DNA of 62,213 nucleotides from Gammaproteobacteria bacterium (lineage in GTDB: Bacteria; Pseudomonadota; Gammaproteobacteria; Burkholderiales; SG8-39): assembly GCA_041499655.1 (NCBI GenBank), contig JBGQKQ010000002.1, positions 1 to 62,213 of the forward strand, in the 5' to 3' direction. Shown piece by piece: positions 11,901-20,435 of the stretch (positions within the stretch are counted from its first letter, which is position 1; each line of letters opens with the position of its first letter). A program made the translations under genes and the position numbers. The notes below the pieces were generated by a model. That model was not told the origin of the DNA. It made no database searches and saw nothing but the letters and a program-made list of their open reading frames with translations.

Positions 11901-12410
11901 GCCCTCGTCGCGAAGGTCGGTCATCCGAATGCGATGCGAGCGCGGATCGGGGAAAGGCGTGTAGGTGGCCCCCGAGCGCGAGAATTCTGCGTAGAGCTCG
12001 ATCACCTGCCCTACATCTACCACCACCACGAACGGCGGGCGGCTTTCGCCGGCGGGCAGTGCACGGGCGTACTGCTCGGCCTGGCCACGAGCGCGCAACA
12101 GCGCGTCATCGAAGCCCTGACCCAGGCTCTTTTTGATCTTCTTTGCTTCGAGCACGAAGGCACCGCGGCGATAGAGGTCGATGAAACCGGGTGACTCAGT
12201 ACCGTCACCGTGGCGAAAGGTAATGCGCCGCTCGAACACGTAGGCATTGTCGCGCGTGTCTTCGCGAGCGGGATCTGGCTGAGGCAATTCGAGCAGCGCG
12301 CACAGCTCGGTAAGAAAAAGCTGGTAGTTGGCCCGCTCCGAGCCGCTGGCTTCTTCCCAGCGGGTAATAAAGGCGTCGATGGGCGATTCAGCCGGTTTAG
12401 CCTTGGGCAT
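8934..12410 (-). CDS. MmeI-like type IIL/IIG restriction-modification enzyme (fused PD-(D/E)xK nuclease + N6-adenine DNA methyltransferase + TRD)
   Basis: 1158 aa. N-terminal FIDLYRRGAFVLEAKK (D-x9-E-x-K, the same spacing as the MmeI nuclease motif). SAM motif I VLDPACGSGNFL. Catalytic motif IV GNPPFLG. These are followed by a low-GC variable segment and a helical C-terminal tail. Confidence 0.8.
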   Translation of the reverse strand: MPKAKPAESPIDAFITRWEEASGSERANYQLFLTELCALLELPQPDPAREDTRDNAYVFERRITFRHGDGTESPGFIDLYRRGAFVLEAKKIKKSLGQGFDDALLRARGQAEQYARALPAGESRPPFVVVVDVGQVIELYAEFSRSGATYTPFPDPRSHRIRMTDLRDEGVRNTLRAVWTDPVSLDPSRRSAKVTREIAVQLAKIAQTLEGAGHAPELVAGFLTRGLFSMFAEDVGLLPKRAFVDLLESLKGNPAQFVPLVGELWRAMDIGSFSVSVRADLLRFNGKLFKDPQVLPLDRDQIALLLEAAKFNWREVEPAIFGTLLERALMPEERHALGAHYTPRAYVERLVLPTVIEPLREDWKNAQGAALLLAGEGKLDDARKAVHAFHHKLCAVRVLDPACGSGNFLYVTLEHLKRLEGEVLNQLEVLGEPQARLETAGVTVDPHQLLGIEINPRAAAIAELVLWIGYLQWHFRTRGKVPPPPPILRDFGNIEHRDAVLAYDRVEYVLGDDGRPVTRWDGKTMKKHPATGEDVPDESARVALERYVNPRNAKWPEADYVVGNPPFLGKGKIRDSLGDGYVEALREAWREVPDSADFVMYWWNKAAELARTAKLRRFGFITTNSLRQTFNRRVIEKHMAAKSPLSLAFVIPDHPWVDSTDGAAVRIAMSVGRAGEGEGQLLTVADEQETTDDALSVTFSTKVGQIHADLSVGVNVAGAAILDSNSRIANTGFILGGRGFLVSAEDVKSLSLRSPTAAKLVFPLRNGEDILNQCRNVWVIDAFGLSESQLRSEAPELWQQLHERVYPERQENRDPRVRSNWWLFRRSNEQVRASVSGLSRFVVTAETAKHRVFTFLEGGSRPEHRLVVFGFEDAWCLGVLSSCVHVQWSLAAGGTLEDRPVYNKGRCFETFPFPPANAVQQTRIRNLAAQLDAHRKRQQAQHPALTLTGMYNVLEKLKDGAALNAKDKVIHEQGLVAVLKQYHDELDLAVLDAYGWNDLASLMNAVNGIAPGGGVVPASRDEAKRVLDDALLERLVALNAERAAEEAKGQVRWLRPEFQIQGTTRPASIQGTLDVVEGGDTSAATGTVSRLPWPKELPERIRLVAQVLTDANVPLSEEQIAERFSGKGPWKKGLAPLIETLVALGRARRVKGGVLGVD

Positions 12411-12486
12411 GTGGCAACCTTAGCCGAGGGCTCGCGTTGGTGCAAATCACCCGGAAGCGATGACTGGCGCGGGTGTCCAGCCTATT

Positions 12487-13023
12487 TCATGCCGTGAACA
12501 GCTTGCCCAAAAGCTCGGCCGCACGAGCGAGAGCAGAATGAGCGTATGGAGGTGTGAGGATCGTCTGCGCTTCAGGATGTGAGGCCCAGTTGCGCAAGTC
12601 CTTGGCGATATCCCATAGGGCCTTGTCATCGTCCCTAATCAGGCCGCGCTCGGTCAGCGTCTGCATCAGCCGACCGAAGGAGACAGGGCGACCGGTGCCG
12701 TCCTTTTGCGCCACGACAACCGGGATACCCAGTTGTGCGCAGCGGGCGCGAATGCCGGCTTCCATGACCCGGTAGCACTGTTCCGCACCCAGCGTCATCA
12801 GCGGATAGAAAAACCAGCCGTAGATCATCGCCCCGCGCGCCACCTCGAATAGCGCGGCGATTTCCTGCGGTACGCGGGCGTCGAGTTGCACGCGTGAGAA
12901 GCCTCCTACCCAAGCCTCCGGCGTGCCACGCCCAAAGGCACGCGAAATATCGGACTGTTGCAAATTGGCAGCGTTAATACGTTTAAAGCCGTGATGTAAG
13001 TCCGCGTTGTCTTCGTCGGTCAT
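12487..13023 (-). CDS. Hypothetical 178-aa helical protein, possibly DUF4145-like (RM/abortive-infection associated)
   Basis: ATG 13023 is preceded by GGAGAA; the track's longer start at 13113 has no RBS. The C-terminal pattern LWDIAKDLRNWASHPE...ARAAELLGKLF resembles the DUF4145 LR..GN.aaH signature. I could not verify this. Confidence 0.5.
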   Translation of the reverse strand: MTDEDNADLHHGFKRINAANLQQSDISRAFGRGTPEAWVGGFSRVQLDARVPQEIAALFEVARGAMIYGWFFYPLMTLGAEQCYRVMEAGIRARCAQLGIPVVVAQKDGTGRPVSFGRLMQTLTERGLIRDDDKALWDIAKDLRNWASHPEAQTILTPPYAHSALARAAELLGKLFTA

Positions 13024-13226
13024 ACTAAGATTTCTCCGCGAAAAGCATGATCTAGGATGGCTTAGACCAGGGGCATCAAGGTCCGCACTGATTTCGACCT
13101 TTAGACGCTTCAATGCGTTTATCCGTAGCTAGCGATGTGCGCGAGGCGCAGCAGCCTCATTGACTCATTTCACGCCAAATCCCTTTAACGTCTTAGCGCA
13201 CCGCACAGTAGACAGAGAGGGCAAAC

Positions 13227-16200
13227 CTACACCAGCGAACGTCGGCTGATCGCAAATCGTGCATCCGTAATGATTGCCTCAGCCTTGTCGATCGGCTCAA
13301 TACCGCCAACGTGAAGAATATCGAGGTCACAGCGTCTGCCGGCGTGCACGATGGCGGCGGCGGCGAGCTCAAGTGCAGCTATTGTCCGGTGCTCACGCAG
13401 CCACGAGCCAAACAACTGGAAAATCCGTCCAACTTGCCCGCCCTGATTGAAGTAACGGTCGATCCAATGACCAATCCAGTAAATATCGTCCTTGGTGAGC
13501 AACGTATCCCAGTGCGAAACGATTCCGGAATCGTCGAGATATTCGACTTCGCGCCACTGCCCTGTCAGGCGCCCATCAAGATGAGTCTGACGGAATTCAA
13601 GCCAGCCTCGATCATTGCAGAGTTCCCAGAAGGCGTGGATTGCTGAATCGTCAAGGTAGTCGAGGTAAGGCACAAGTGCCTCGACCTGTTCAATACGGCT
13701 AACCCCTGGATGGCCGGACATCTTTATCCCAAAGTGCATATCGCAGTATTTCAACATTTCCTTCGCGTCGGGGCATTTCGACATAGCCTCTTGAGCTAAG
13801 GCACACGAAATCGGCGTGGCAAGATAAAGAGCAGCTTGAACAAAATATGACGAATATCGGAGGTGCTGCCAATGCTTTACTAACAACTTTTCACCGGTCG
13901 CAGGTTTTAGGCGCATTACGAATTCGGATGTAGACGGGTCGGTTTCGTATTGAATCCCCCATGCAGTATCCACTTTGGTACTTCTACGTTGAAATGCCTC
14001 ATCGAGTGCATTGGTCAGATCATCGGACCAGATGTATCGACCAAGTTGCCACCAGAAACCACGCTTATCAGTTTTGAGTTTTTCGAGCATTGCTGGAATT
14101 GCTGCCCTATCGCCACGTTTCAGTCTTGCAAACAGAATGTCATCCGCGAGAGATGCCGGAACCTCTACAGTACGCAAGAGCGAAATATCGTCTGGCGCTG
14201 ACGTAGTCGCCCAGAGAAGGAAGGCCTGTCGGCGAAGATATTTGTCATGATCAATATCTTCCCAGAGTTCCTTTAACCGCCGCCGTGAATCCAACGACAT
14301 TCGTGCACCTTCTTCACGCTGCCGGCGTTCCCAATCGCTTCTCACGCTAATCGGAAAAAACCAGTAATCCTCTTTCCCTTCAAATTCTCGGCTGCGGGCC
14401 GCGAATTCGCGCGCGATGAACTCGACTGCATCTGGATGATCGATGCCTCGAAGCATGCAAGTGATCGGCCAATGTAACTCCTTTTGTTTTGCACGCTCAA
14501 TAAAATAATGCAGAGATGATTCGGGTAATGATTTCTTAAACGCCCAGGAAATATGATCGGCCGCAAGTGCGTTTCGAGGGGAGGACGAGCCCTCTTTGAC
14601 ACCCTTGTCAGGTAATGCCGCCCAGGCATCGCAGACCGGTCCGAGCAGCCGGTCCGATTTGTTGCCACAGCACTCCGCGGCAGCCCACAGATAGCCAGCA
14701 AGACGTTCCGTTCTATCTGGATCGGACGCCCAACACGCAGCAATGGCATCTGCGAGAGAAGGCTCGGCGAAATGACCGGCCAAGCGGAGCGCTCCGGTTC
14801 GCGCGCGACCCGATAAATCAGATTGATTCAGCAGATCGTCGAGCATGCGTATGAGTGTCTTTCCGAAACGAACCTTCGCATGTGCGATTTGATGATCGTG
14901 CCAAGGTGCGGTGACACCGGGTTCAAGTCGAGAACACAGTCGAATACCGGCTTTCAAATCACCATTTCGAAAGCGAGCTTGCAGGGTGGCCCATGTCTCG
15001 TCGCTAAATCGATCTGTTATGGCAAGAACGTGCGACGACTCTGTCTCAGACAATGCATGAAGGGCGGCCCACCTCAGCGCGCGGTTCGCACGATCATGCG
15101 TACCCGCGGTGTCAAGCCAAGTCTCAATAGCACGTAACACTGCGTGATGGATGTCTGCGCTAGGCTCACGAAATGCCTTAAGGGCATGGAAAAGTGCGAG
15201 GGGATTGGATTCCATCACCCGCTTGGCCATGTCTGCCGAAATGTCGGGGGCAGCTAGAGCGGCACCGATCACATCGGCAAAGAAAGGCTCCGTTAGGATG
15301 ACATCTTCAAGCTCACCAGATTGCATCGAAGCGGCAAGTACGTCAGACAAAAGCCACGCACGGACACGGTCGTGACGAAACGCGAGTCGCTCCACGTTAC
15401 CTGTTTCTATGAGACGCACCACTTCGCCACGTTTAACAATCTGGCGCAATGCTGCGAGACGATCAGGCTGATTGCTAAACCATCCTCGGATTTCCACCCA
15501 ATTTGGATCGACTCGACGATAAGTCAGAATTCCTCTGGCAAGCGCCTTTAGCGTAGTTCGATATTCAGTCAACGTGAAATCGCTCGCACTACTTGCGAGG
15601 CTGCGGAGCCTGGCGTTAATGAAATTGCCAATGACCTGCGGTGGTTCCGGCTTCTTAACGAAATCGTATAACGCTACGAGGAGCGGATCGTTCCCCAACG
15701 CTTCTGCCAGATTGTCAGCCTCAAGTGAGGACACGGGAACATTGACGAGCGCGGCATTGCACTCGATCGCCGTGCGGGCCTCATTAGCCGTGAATGGCGC
15801 CGCTGATATAGAGAGGGATTCAATGCGTTTCCTCGCCTCATCCGAGATTGTCACAAGAGTTTTAGGCCAAACGGGACAAAACAATCCCCAGTTCAAACGT
15901 TCTGTAGAGACACTTTCTGGCCGTACTCCAGCCCATCCAACTAAACGTTCAAGCAAGAGTGCGGGGTTTTCAGACCAGTTCACATCCTCGACAACAACAA
16001 GAAAAGGGTCTTCGGGTGAGCAAATTGCACGTACCCTTGCACCAGCGTCCGCTTCTAGCTTTGGATGAATCTTTCTGAGTTCAGCATCAACGGCTTGGTC
16101 AAAAGTCCTGTGCGCGGCCAGGGTTTCGTTCATTAGAACGAGACCGCATCCACCCGCATCAATGTGGGCTTTTAAATGCTTATAACAAGCGATGGTTTTT

Positions 16201-16922
16201 CCAGAACCAGATTCCCCAACGAGAAACGCGACGGGACGTGGTGATCGTTCCGCCACTACACGATCAAGCTCTCGGCTGACTAAGCTTTCTAATTGTGCCG
16301 CTGGACGATTGGCTTCGATGCTTGAACGAGAAAGATCACGCAGCAATTGCTTAGACAAACGCTGCTGAACGAGTCCAAGAAAATTATTTCTGAGCCACTC
16401 TCCGTCCGGGTCATTGTCGAGAAAATCAGCAATGCGTGAGCATGACCAGATGTCGATGCTGACTCCATAGCCCTTCGCTGCTGCCTCGATATCTCGCGTC
16501 AGTTCTTCTGGGGGCTCTCTGTTGGTGGTTAAGGCCAATGTCACGAGAAGCCCTGGAGTGCGTTTTCGCTCCTCTTCGACTATACCCATTGTTTTGAGTA
16601 CATCGCCGGGCGGGGCAGTGGGTTTTCGCCCTTTCGAAGGCCTGACTGTCGACGGGTCGTGCAACCATTTCTTTCTTAAATCATCGCTAGCGCCACTGGC
16701 ATGATGAGCAATGACCATATGAGGCGGAACCGCTCGCGCCACGAATGCAATCCCGTCGACGGGTGATTTGACGGTCTTGCCGTCAGCGTTCATGCCGGGA
16801 TGAGTAAGATTGCTGTAAAGCGCAGGGGCACCTGTACGTAAAACCGCCGTCGCTAGCCTCTCGAACAAGCCGGCATCAGTAATTTTCGAGAGCGCACGGA
16901 TTGTTTCACCGTGATCTGTCAT
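13227..16922 (-). CDS. Large tripartite P-loop NTPase (STAND-like): unknown N-terminal domain + NTPase + HEAT-like repeat C-terminus; candidate defence protein
   Basis: 1231-aa ORF in ~47% GC DNA. Walker A FLVGESGSGKT (aa ~233-243, nt ~16194-16217). Walker B FLVVVEDVN (aa ~307-315). Winged-helix-like LAFRHDRVRAWLLSDVL (aa ~513-529). About 700 aa of helical repeats follow, including RGDRAAIPAMLEKLKTD. ATG 16922 is preceded by AAGGTGG. Confidence 0.75.
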   Translation of the reverse strand: MTDHGETIRALSKITDAGLFERLATAVLRTGAPALYSNLTHPGMNADGKTVKSPVDGIAFVARAVPPHMVIAHHASGASDDLRKKWLHDPSTVRPSKGRKPTAPPGDVLKTMGIVEEERKRTPGLLVTLALTTNREPPEELTRDIEAAAKGYGVSIDIWSCSRIADFLDNDPDGEWLRNNFLGLVQQRLSKQLLRDLSRSSIEANRPAAQLESLVSRELDRVVAERSPRPVAFLVGESGSGKTIACYKHLKAHIDAGGCGLVLMNETLAAHRTFDQAVDAELRKIHPKLEADAGARVRAICSPEDPFLVVVEDVNWSENPALLLERLVGWAGVRPESVSTERLNWGLFCPVWPKTLVTISDEARKRIESLSISAAPFTANEARTAIECNAALVNVPVSSLEADNLAEALGNDPLLVALYDFVKKPEPPQVIGNFINARLRSLASSASDFTLTEYRTTLKALARGILTYRRVDPNWVEIRGWFSNQPDRLAALRQIVKRGEVVRLIETGNVERLAFRHDRVRAWLLSDVLAASMQSGELEDVILTEPFFADVIGAALAAPDISADMAKRVMESNPLALFHALKAFREPSADIHHAVLRAIETWLDTAGTHDRANRALRWAALHALSETESSHVLAITDRFSDETWATLQARFRNGDLKAGIRLCSRLEPGVTAPWHDHQIAHAKVRFGKTLIRMLDDLLNQSDLSGRARTGALRLAGHFAEPSLADAIAACWASDPDRTERLAGYLWAAAECCGNKSDRLLGPVCDAWAALPDKGVKEGSSSPRNALAADHISWAFKKSLPESSLHYFIERAKQKELHWPITCMLRGIDHPDAVEFIAREFAARSREFEGKEDYWFFPISVRSDWERRQREEGARMSLDSRRRLKELWEDIDHDKYLRRQAFLLWATTSAPDDISLLRTVEVPASLADDILFARLKRGDRAAIPAMLEKLKTDKRGFWWQLGRYIWSDDLTNALDEAFQRRSTKVDTAWGIQYETDPSTSEFVMRLKPATGEKLLVKHWQHLRYSSYFVQAALYLATPISCALAQEAMSKCPDAKEMLKYCDMHFGIKMSGHPGVSRIEQVEALVPYLDYLDDSAIHAFWELCNDRGWLEFRQTHLDGRLTGQWREVEYLDDSGIVSHWDTLLTKDDIYWIGHWIDRYFNQGGQVGRIFQLFGSWLREHRTIAALELAAAAIVHAGRRCDLDILHVGGIEPIDKAEAIITDARFAISRRSLV

Positions 16923-16961
16923 GCCGCCACCTTAGCGGATGCAGTTTCAGGGTGCAATTGG

Positions 16962-16998
16962 CCGGAACGGCAAGCTGGACGTAGCGTTCCGGTTTTTT
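16962..16998 (+). terminator. Orphan rho-independent terminator-like hairpin at the ahcY-proximal edge of the insertion
   Basis: CCGGAACG-(15 nt)-CGTTCCGG followed by TTTTTT on the + strand. No + strand gene lies upstream of it. Confidence 0.5.
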
Positions 16999-17057
16999 CC
17001 TTTCACAAACCGGCCCTGCGAATGGCATCGAGCTCTGCGTCTGAGGTATAATTCGCC

Positions 17058-17138
17058 CTCCTCGAGGAGCGTTGCAACGGGCAGCCGGTTCCGGCACCCG
17101 CCAGGCTCGGGGGATACACCAGTGCAACCGCGCTCGCA
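17058..17138 (+). promoter_or_regulatory. SAH (S-adenosylhomocysteine) riboswitch in the ahcY leader
   Basis: Contains the conserved SAH-element blocks GAGGAGCGUUGCAAC ... CCAGGCUCGGGGG ... GCAACCGCGCUCGC, immediately upstream of ahcY. A TATAAT at 17047-17052 sits just 5' of it. The AGGAGG SD is at 17156-17161. Confidence 0.8.
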
Positions 17139-17168
17139 AACTTTTTTCGAAAGAAAGGAGGGCGCGAG

Positions 17169-18599
<1,431 letters not shown>

Positions 18600-18682
18600 C
18601 CGGATCGCGATTCCCAGTGGCGTTCGCCGCGCCGACCGCGTTATCCTAATGTCGTCTCGGCCATGAGCACGATTTTGGGAGC

Positions 18683-19396
18683 GTGGCGACTATGAACTCG
18701 ATCTGGCACGACAACTACGCCGCAATCGCGCTGCACTTGGTGATCGCCCTCGCCGCGGGGGCGATCATCGGTCTGGAGCGCAGCTATCACGGCCGCCCTG
18801 CCGGCTTTCGCACCCATGCCCTCGTGTGTTTGTCTTCCTGCATGCTGATGGTGATGACCGTGTACCAGGACACCTGGTTCGAAGCTTTCTCCCTGGAGCG
18901 GGCCAACATCGACCCCACCCGCATGGCGCAAGGGATCATGACCGGCATCGGTTTCCTCGGGGCAGGGGTGATCATGCGGGACGGCCTGACCGTCCGCGGC
19001 CTGACCACTGCCGCGTCGATCTGGATCACGGCCGGCATCGGCGTGATGATCGGCGTGGGATTCTATTTTCCGGCGGGAATAGCGACGGCGATGACTCTTA
19101 TCGTCCTCTCCGTCTTTCGCTGGATTGAGCGCAGGATGCCGATCGAGTTCTACGCGAATCTCACGGTGGCTTTCACGCGCGGCGCCACCTTGCCCGAAGC
19201 GGACTTGCGCTCGATCGTAGAACGGCAGGGGTTCGTCGTCGCCAACATGAACTACAGTGTCACGGGAGAGGGACAGATCTTCGAGTACCAGATGGTGATC
19301 CACTCGCCCGAGCGGGAAAAGACCCGCGAGCTTGCCGCGGCCCTCAACGCTCTTTCCACGGTCACAGGCTTCCGCATATCACCGACCGGCGACTAG
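18683..19396 (+). CDS. MgtC/SapB family membrane protein
   Basis: GLERSYHGRPAGFRTHALVCL...RGLTTAASIWITAGIGVMIG, plus a C-terminal ACT-like domain. The start is GTG 18683 or, more likely, ATG 18692 with GGGAG 11 nt upstream. Confidence 0.8.
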   Translation: MATMNSIWHDNYAAIALHLVIALAAGAIIGLERSYHGRPAGFRTHALVCLSSCMLMVMTVYQDTWFEAFSLERANIDPTRMAQGIMTGIGFLGAGVIMRDGLTVRGLTTAASIWITAGIGVMIGVGFYFPAGIATAMTLIVLSVFRWIERRMPIEFYANLTVAFTRGATLPEADLRSIVERQGFVVANMNYSVTGEGQIFEYQMVIHSPEREKTRELAAALNALSTVTGFRISPTGD

Positions 19397-20334
19397 AGCT
19401 CGTACGCCTCCGCCTTGCCTGCGAGCGCGGTCTCGATGAGAGTTCGGGTCAGGCGCGGCGAGAACAGCTCGATGAACGTGTAGGCGAACCCGCGCAAGGC
19501 GGCGCCGCGCCGCACTGCGACGCGCGTCGTCATGGTACCGAACAGGTGCCCGGCCTCGAGCGAGCGCAGGGTACGGTCACGCTTTTCGTCGAAGGCCATC
19601 GCCGCGATGATGCCGATGCCCAGGCCCAGTTCGACGTAGGTCTTGATCACGTCGGAGTCAACCGCCGAGAGCACGATGTCCGGCGCAAGCCCCTGCGCCC
19701 GGAACGCCTCGTCAATGTGGCTCCTCCCGGCGAACGCGGGGTCGTAGGTGATGATCGGCTGGCGCGCGAGCTCGTCGAGTGCCAGCCGATCACGCTTCGC
19801 GAGCGGATGTTTCGCCGGCACGACGACGCAATGGCTCCATTCGTAGCCGGGCAGCGCCAGCAACTTCGGATAGCTGTCCAGCGCCTCGGTAGCGATCGCG
19901 ATATCGGCCTCGCGCGCGATCACCATCTCGGCGAGCTGCGGCGGACTGCCCTGCTTGATCGTGAGGTGTACCTTGGGATAGCGCCGTTTGAACGCGCCCA
20001 CCACTTTGGGCAATGAGTAGCGCGCCTGGGTATGCGTGGCGGCAATCGTCAGAGTGCCCGAGGCCTGGTCCTTGAACTCACGGCCGACCTGCCTCAGGTT
20101 TTCCGCCTCCTGCAGCAGGTGATCGATGACCTCGACCACGGCCTTGCCGGGCTCGGTGACGGCGACGATGCGCTTGCCGTGCCGCACGAAGATCTCCACG
20201 CCGAGCTCGGTTTCGAGCTCGCGGATCTGCTTCGATACCCCGGGCTGGGACGTGTGCAGTGTTCTCGCCGCCTCCGTGAGATTCAGTCCCTGCCTGACTG
20301 TCTCCCTGACGTAACGTAATTGCTGGAAATTCAT
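19393..20334 (-). CDS. cysB: LysR-family transcriptional regulator, CysB-like
   Basis: 313 aa. MNFQQLRYVRETVRQGLNLTEAARTLHTSQPGVSKQIRELE matches the CysB/Cbl N-terminal HTH. It is divergent from the sulfate-assimilation cluster. Confidence 0.8.
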   Translation of the reverse strand: MNFQQLRYVRETVRQGLNLTEAARTLHTSQPGVSKQIRELETELGVEIFVRHGKRIVAVTEPGKAVVEVIDHLLQEAENLRQVGREFKDQASGTLTIAATHTQARYSLPKVVGAFKRRYPKVHLTIKQGSPPQLAEMVIAREADIAIATEALDSYPKLLALPGYEWSHCVVVPAKHPLAKRDRLALDELARQPIITYDPAFAGRSHIDEAFRAQGLAPDIVLSAVDSDVIKTYVELGLGIGIIAAMAFDEKRDRTLRSLEAGHLFGTMTTRVAVRRGAALRGFAYTFIELFSPRLTRTLIETALAGKAEAYEL

Positions 20335-20356
20335 AGACTTAGTATATATGTTCGAT

Positions 20357-20374
20357 TGTTATTAAATTCTAACA
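20357..20374. promoter_or_regulatory. LTTR-box-like dyad in the AT-rich cysB/tauE divergent promoter region
   Basis: TGTTA-N8-TAACA inverted repeat inside the only strongly AT-rich intergenic tract here (20335-20435). Confidence 0.35.
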
Positions 20375-20435
20375 TGAAAGTCTTTTGAGGTATAAGCGCA
20401 GAAAGCTAGGATGCGTTTCCCCTGTGAAAGTTTCA

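Noticed and set aside
12487-13113. Longer 208-aa form of the small island protein starting at 13113
   Set aside because: The upstream start is a TTG without an SD. The extra 30 residues are not family-like, whereas ATG 13023 has a GGAGAA RBS.
8934-16922. Possibility that the ~1200-aa ATPase plus ~1150-aa adenine methylase pair is a BREX (BrxC + PglX) or DISARM system
   Set aside because: No pglZ, brxL, brxA/B, drmA/B/C or helicase genes are present in or near the block. The methylase carries the MmeI-type N-terminal D-x9-E-x-K nuclease motif, which as I recall PglX lacks. The resemblance is only in protein sizes.
8875-17050. Mobile-element hallmarks at the island borders (integrase, transposase, tRNA attachment site, flanking direct repeats)
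   Set aside because: No such ORFs were recognised in any frame, and by eye I found no matching repeats at 8875-8940 versus 16920-17050. The insertion mechanism is therefore unknown. A proper repeat search would be needed to exclude short direct repeats.
19393-19396. Stop-stop CTAG overlaps of convergent genes (mgtC/cysB here, and the 83-aa ORF/uvrD at 56455-56458)
   Set aside because: These are real but trivial. The palindromic CTAG simply provides TAG on both strands, with no evidence of functional significance.
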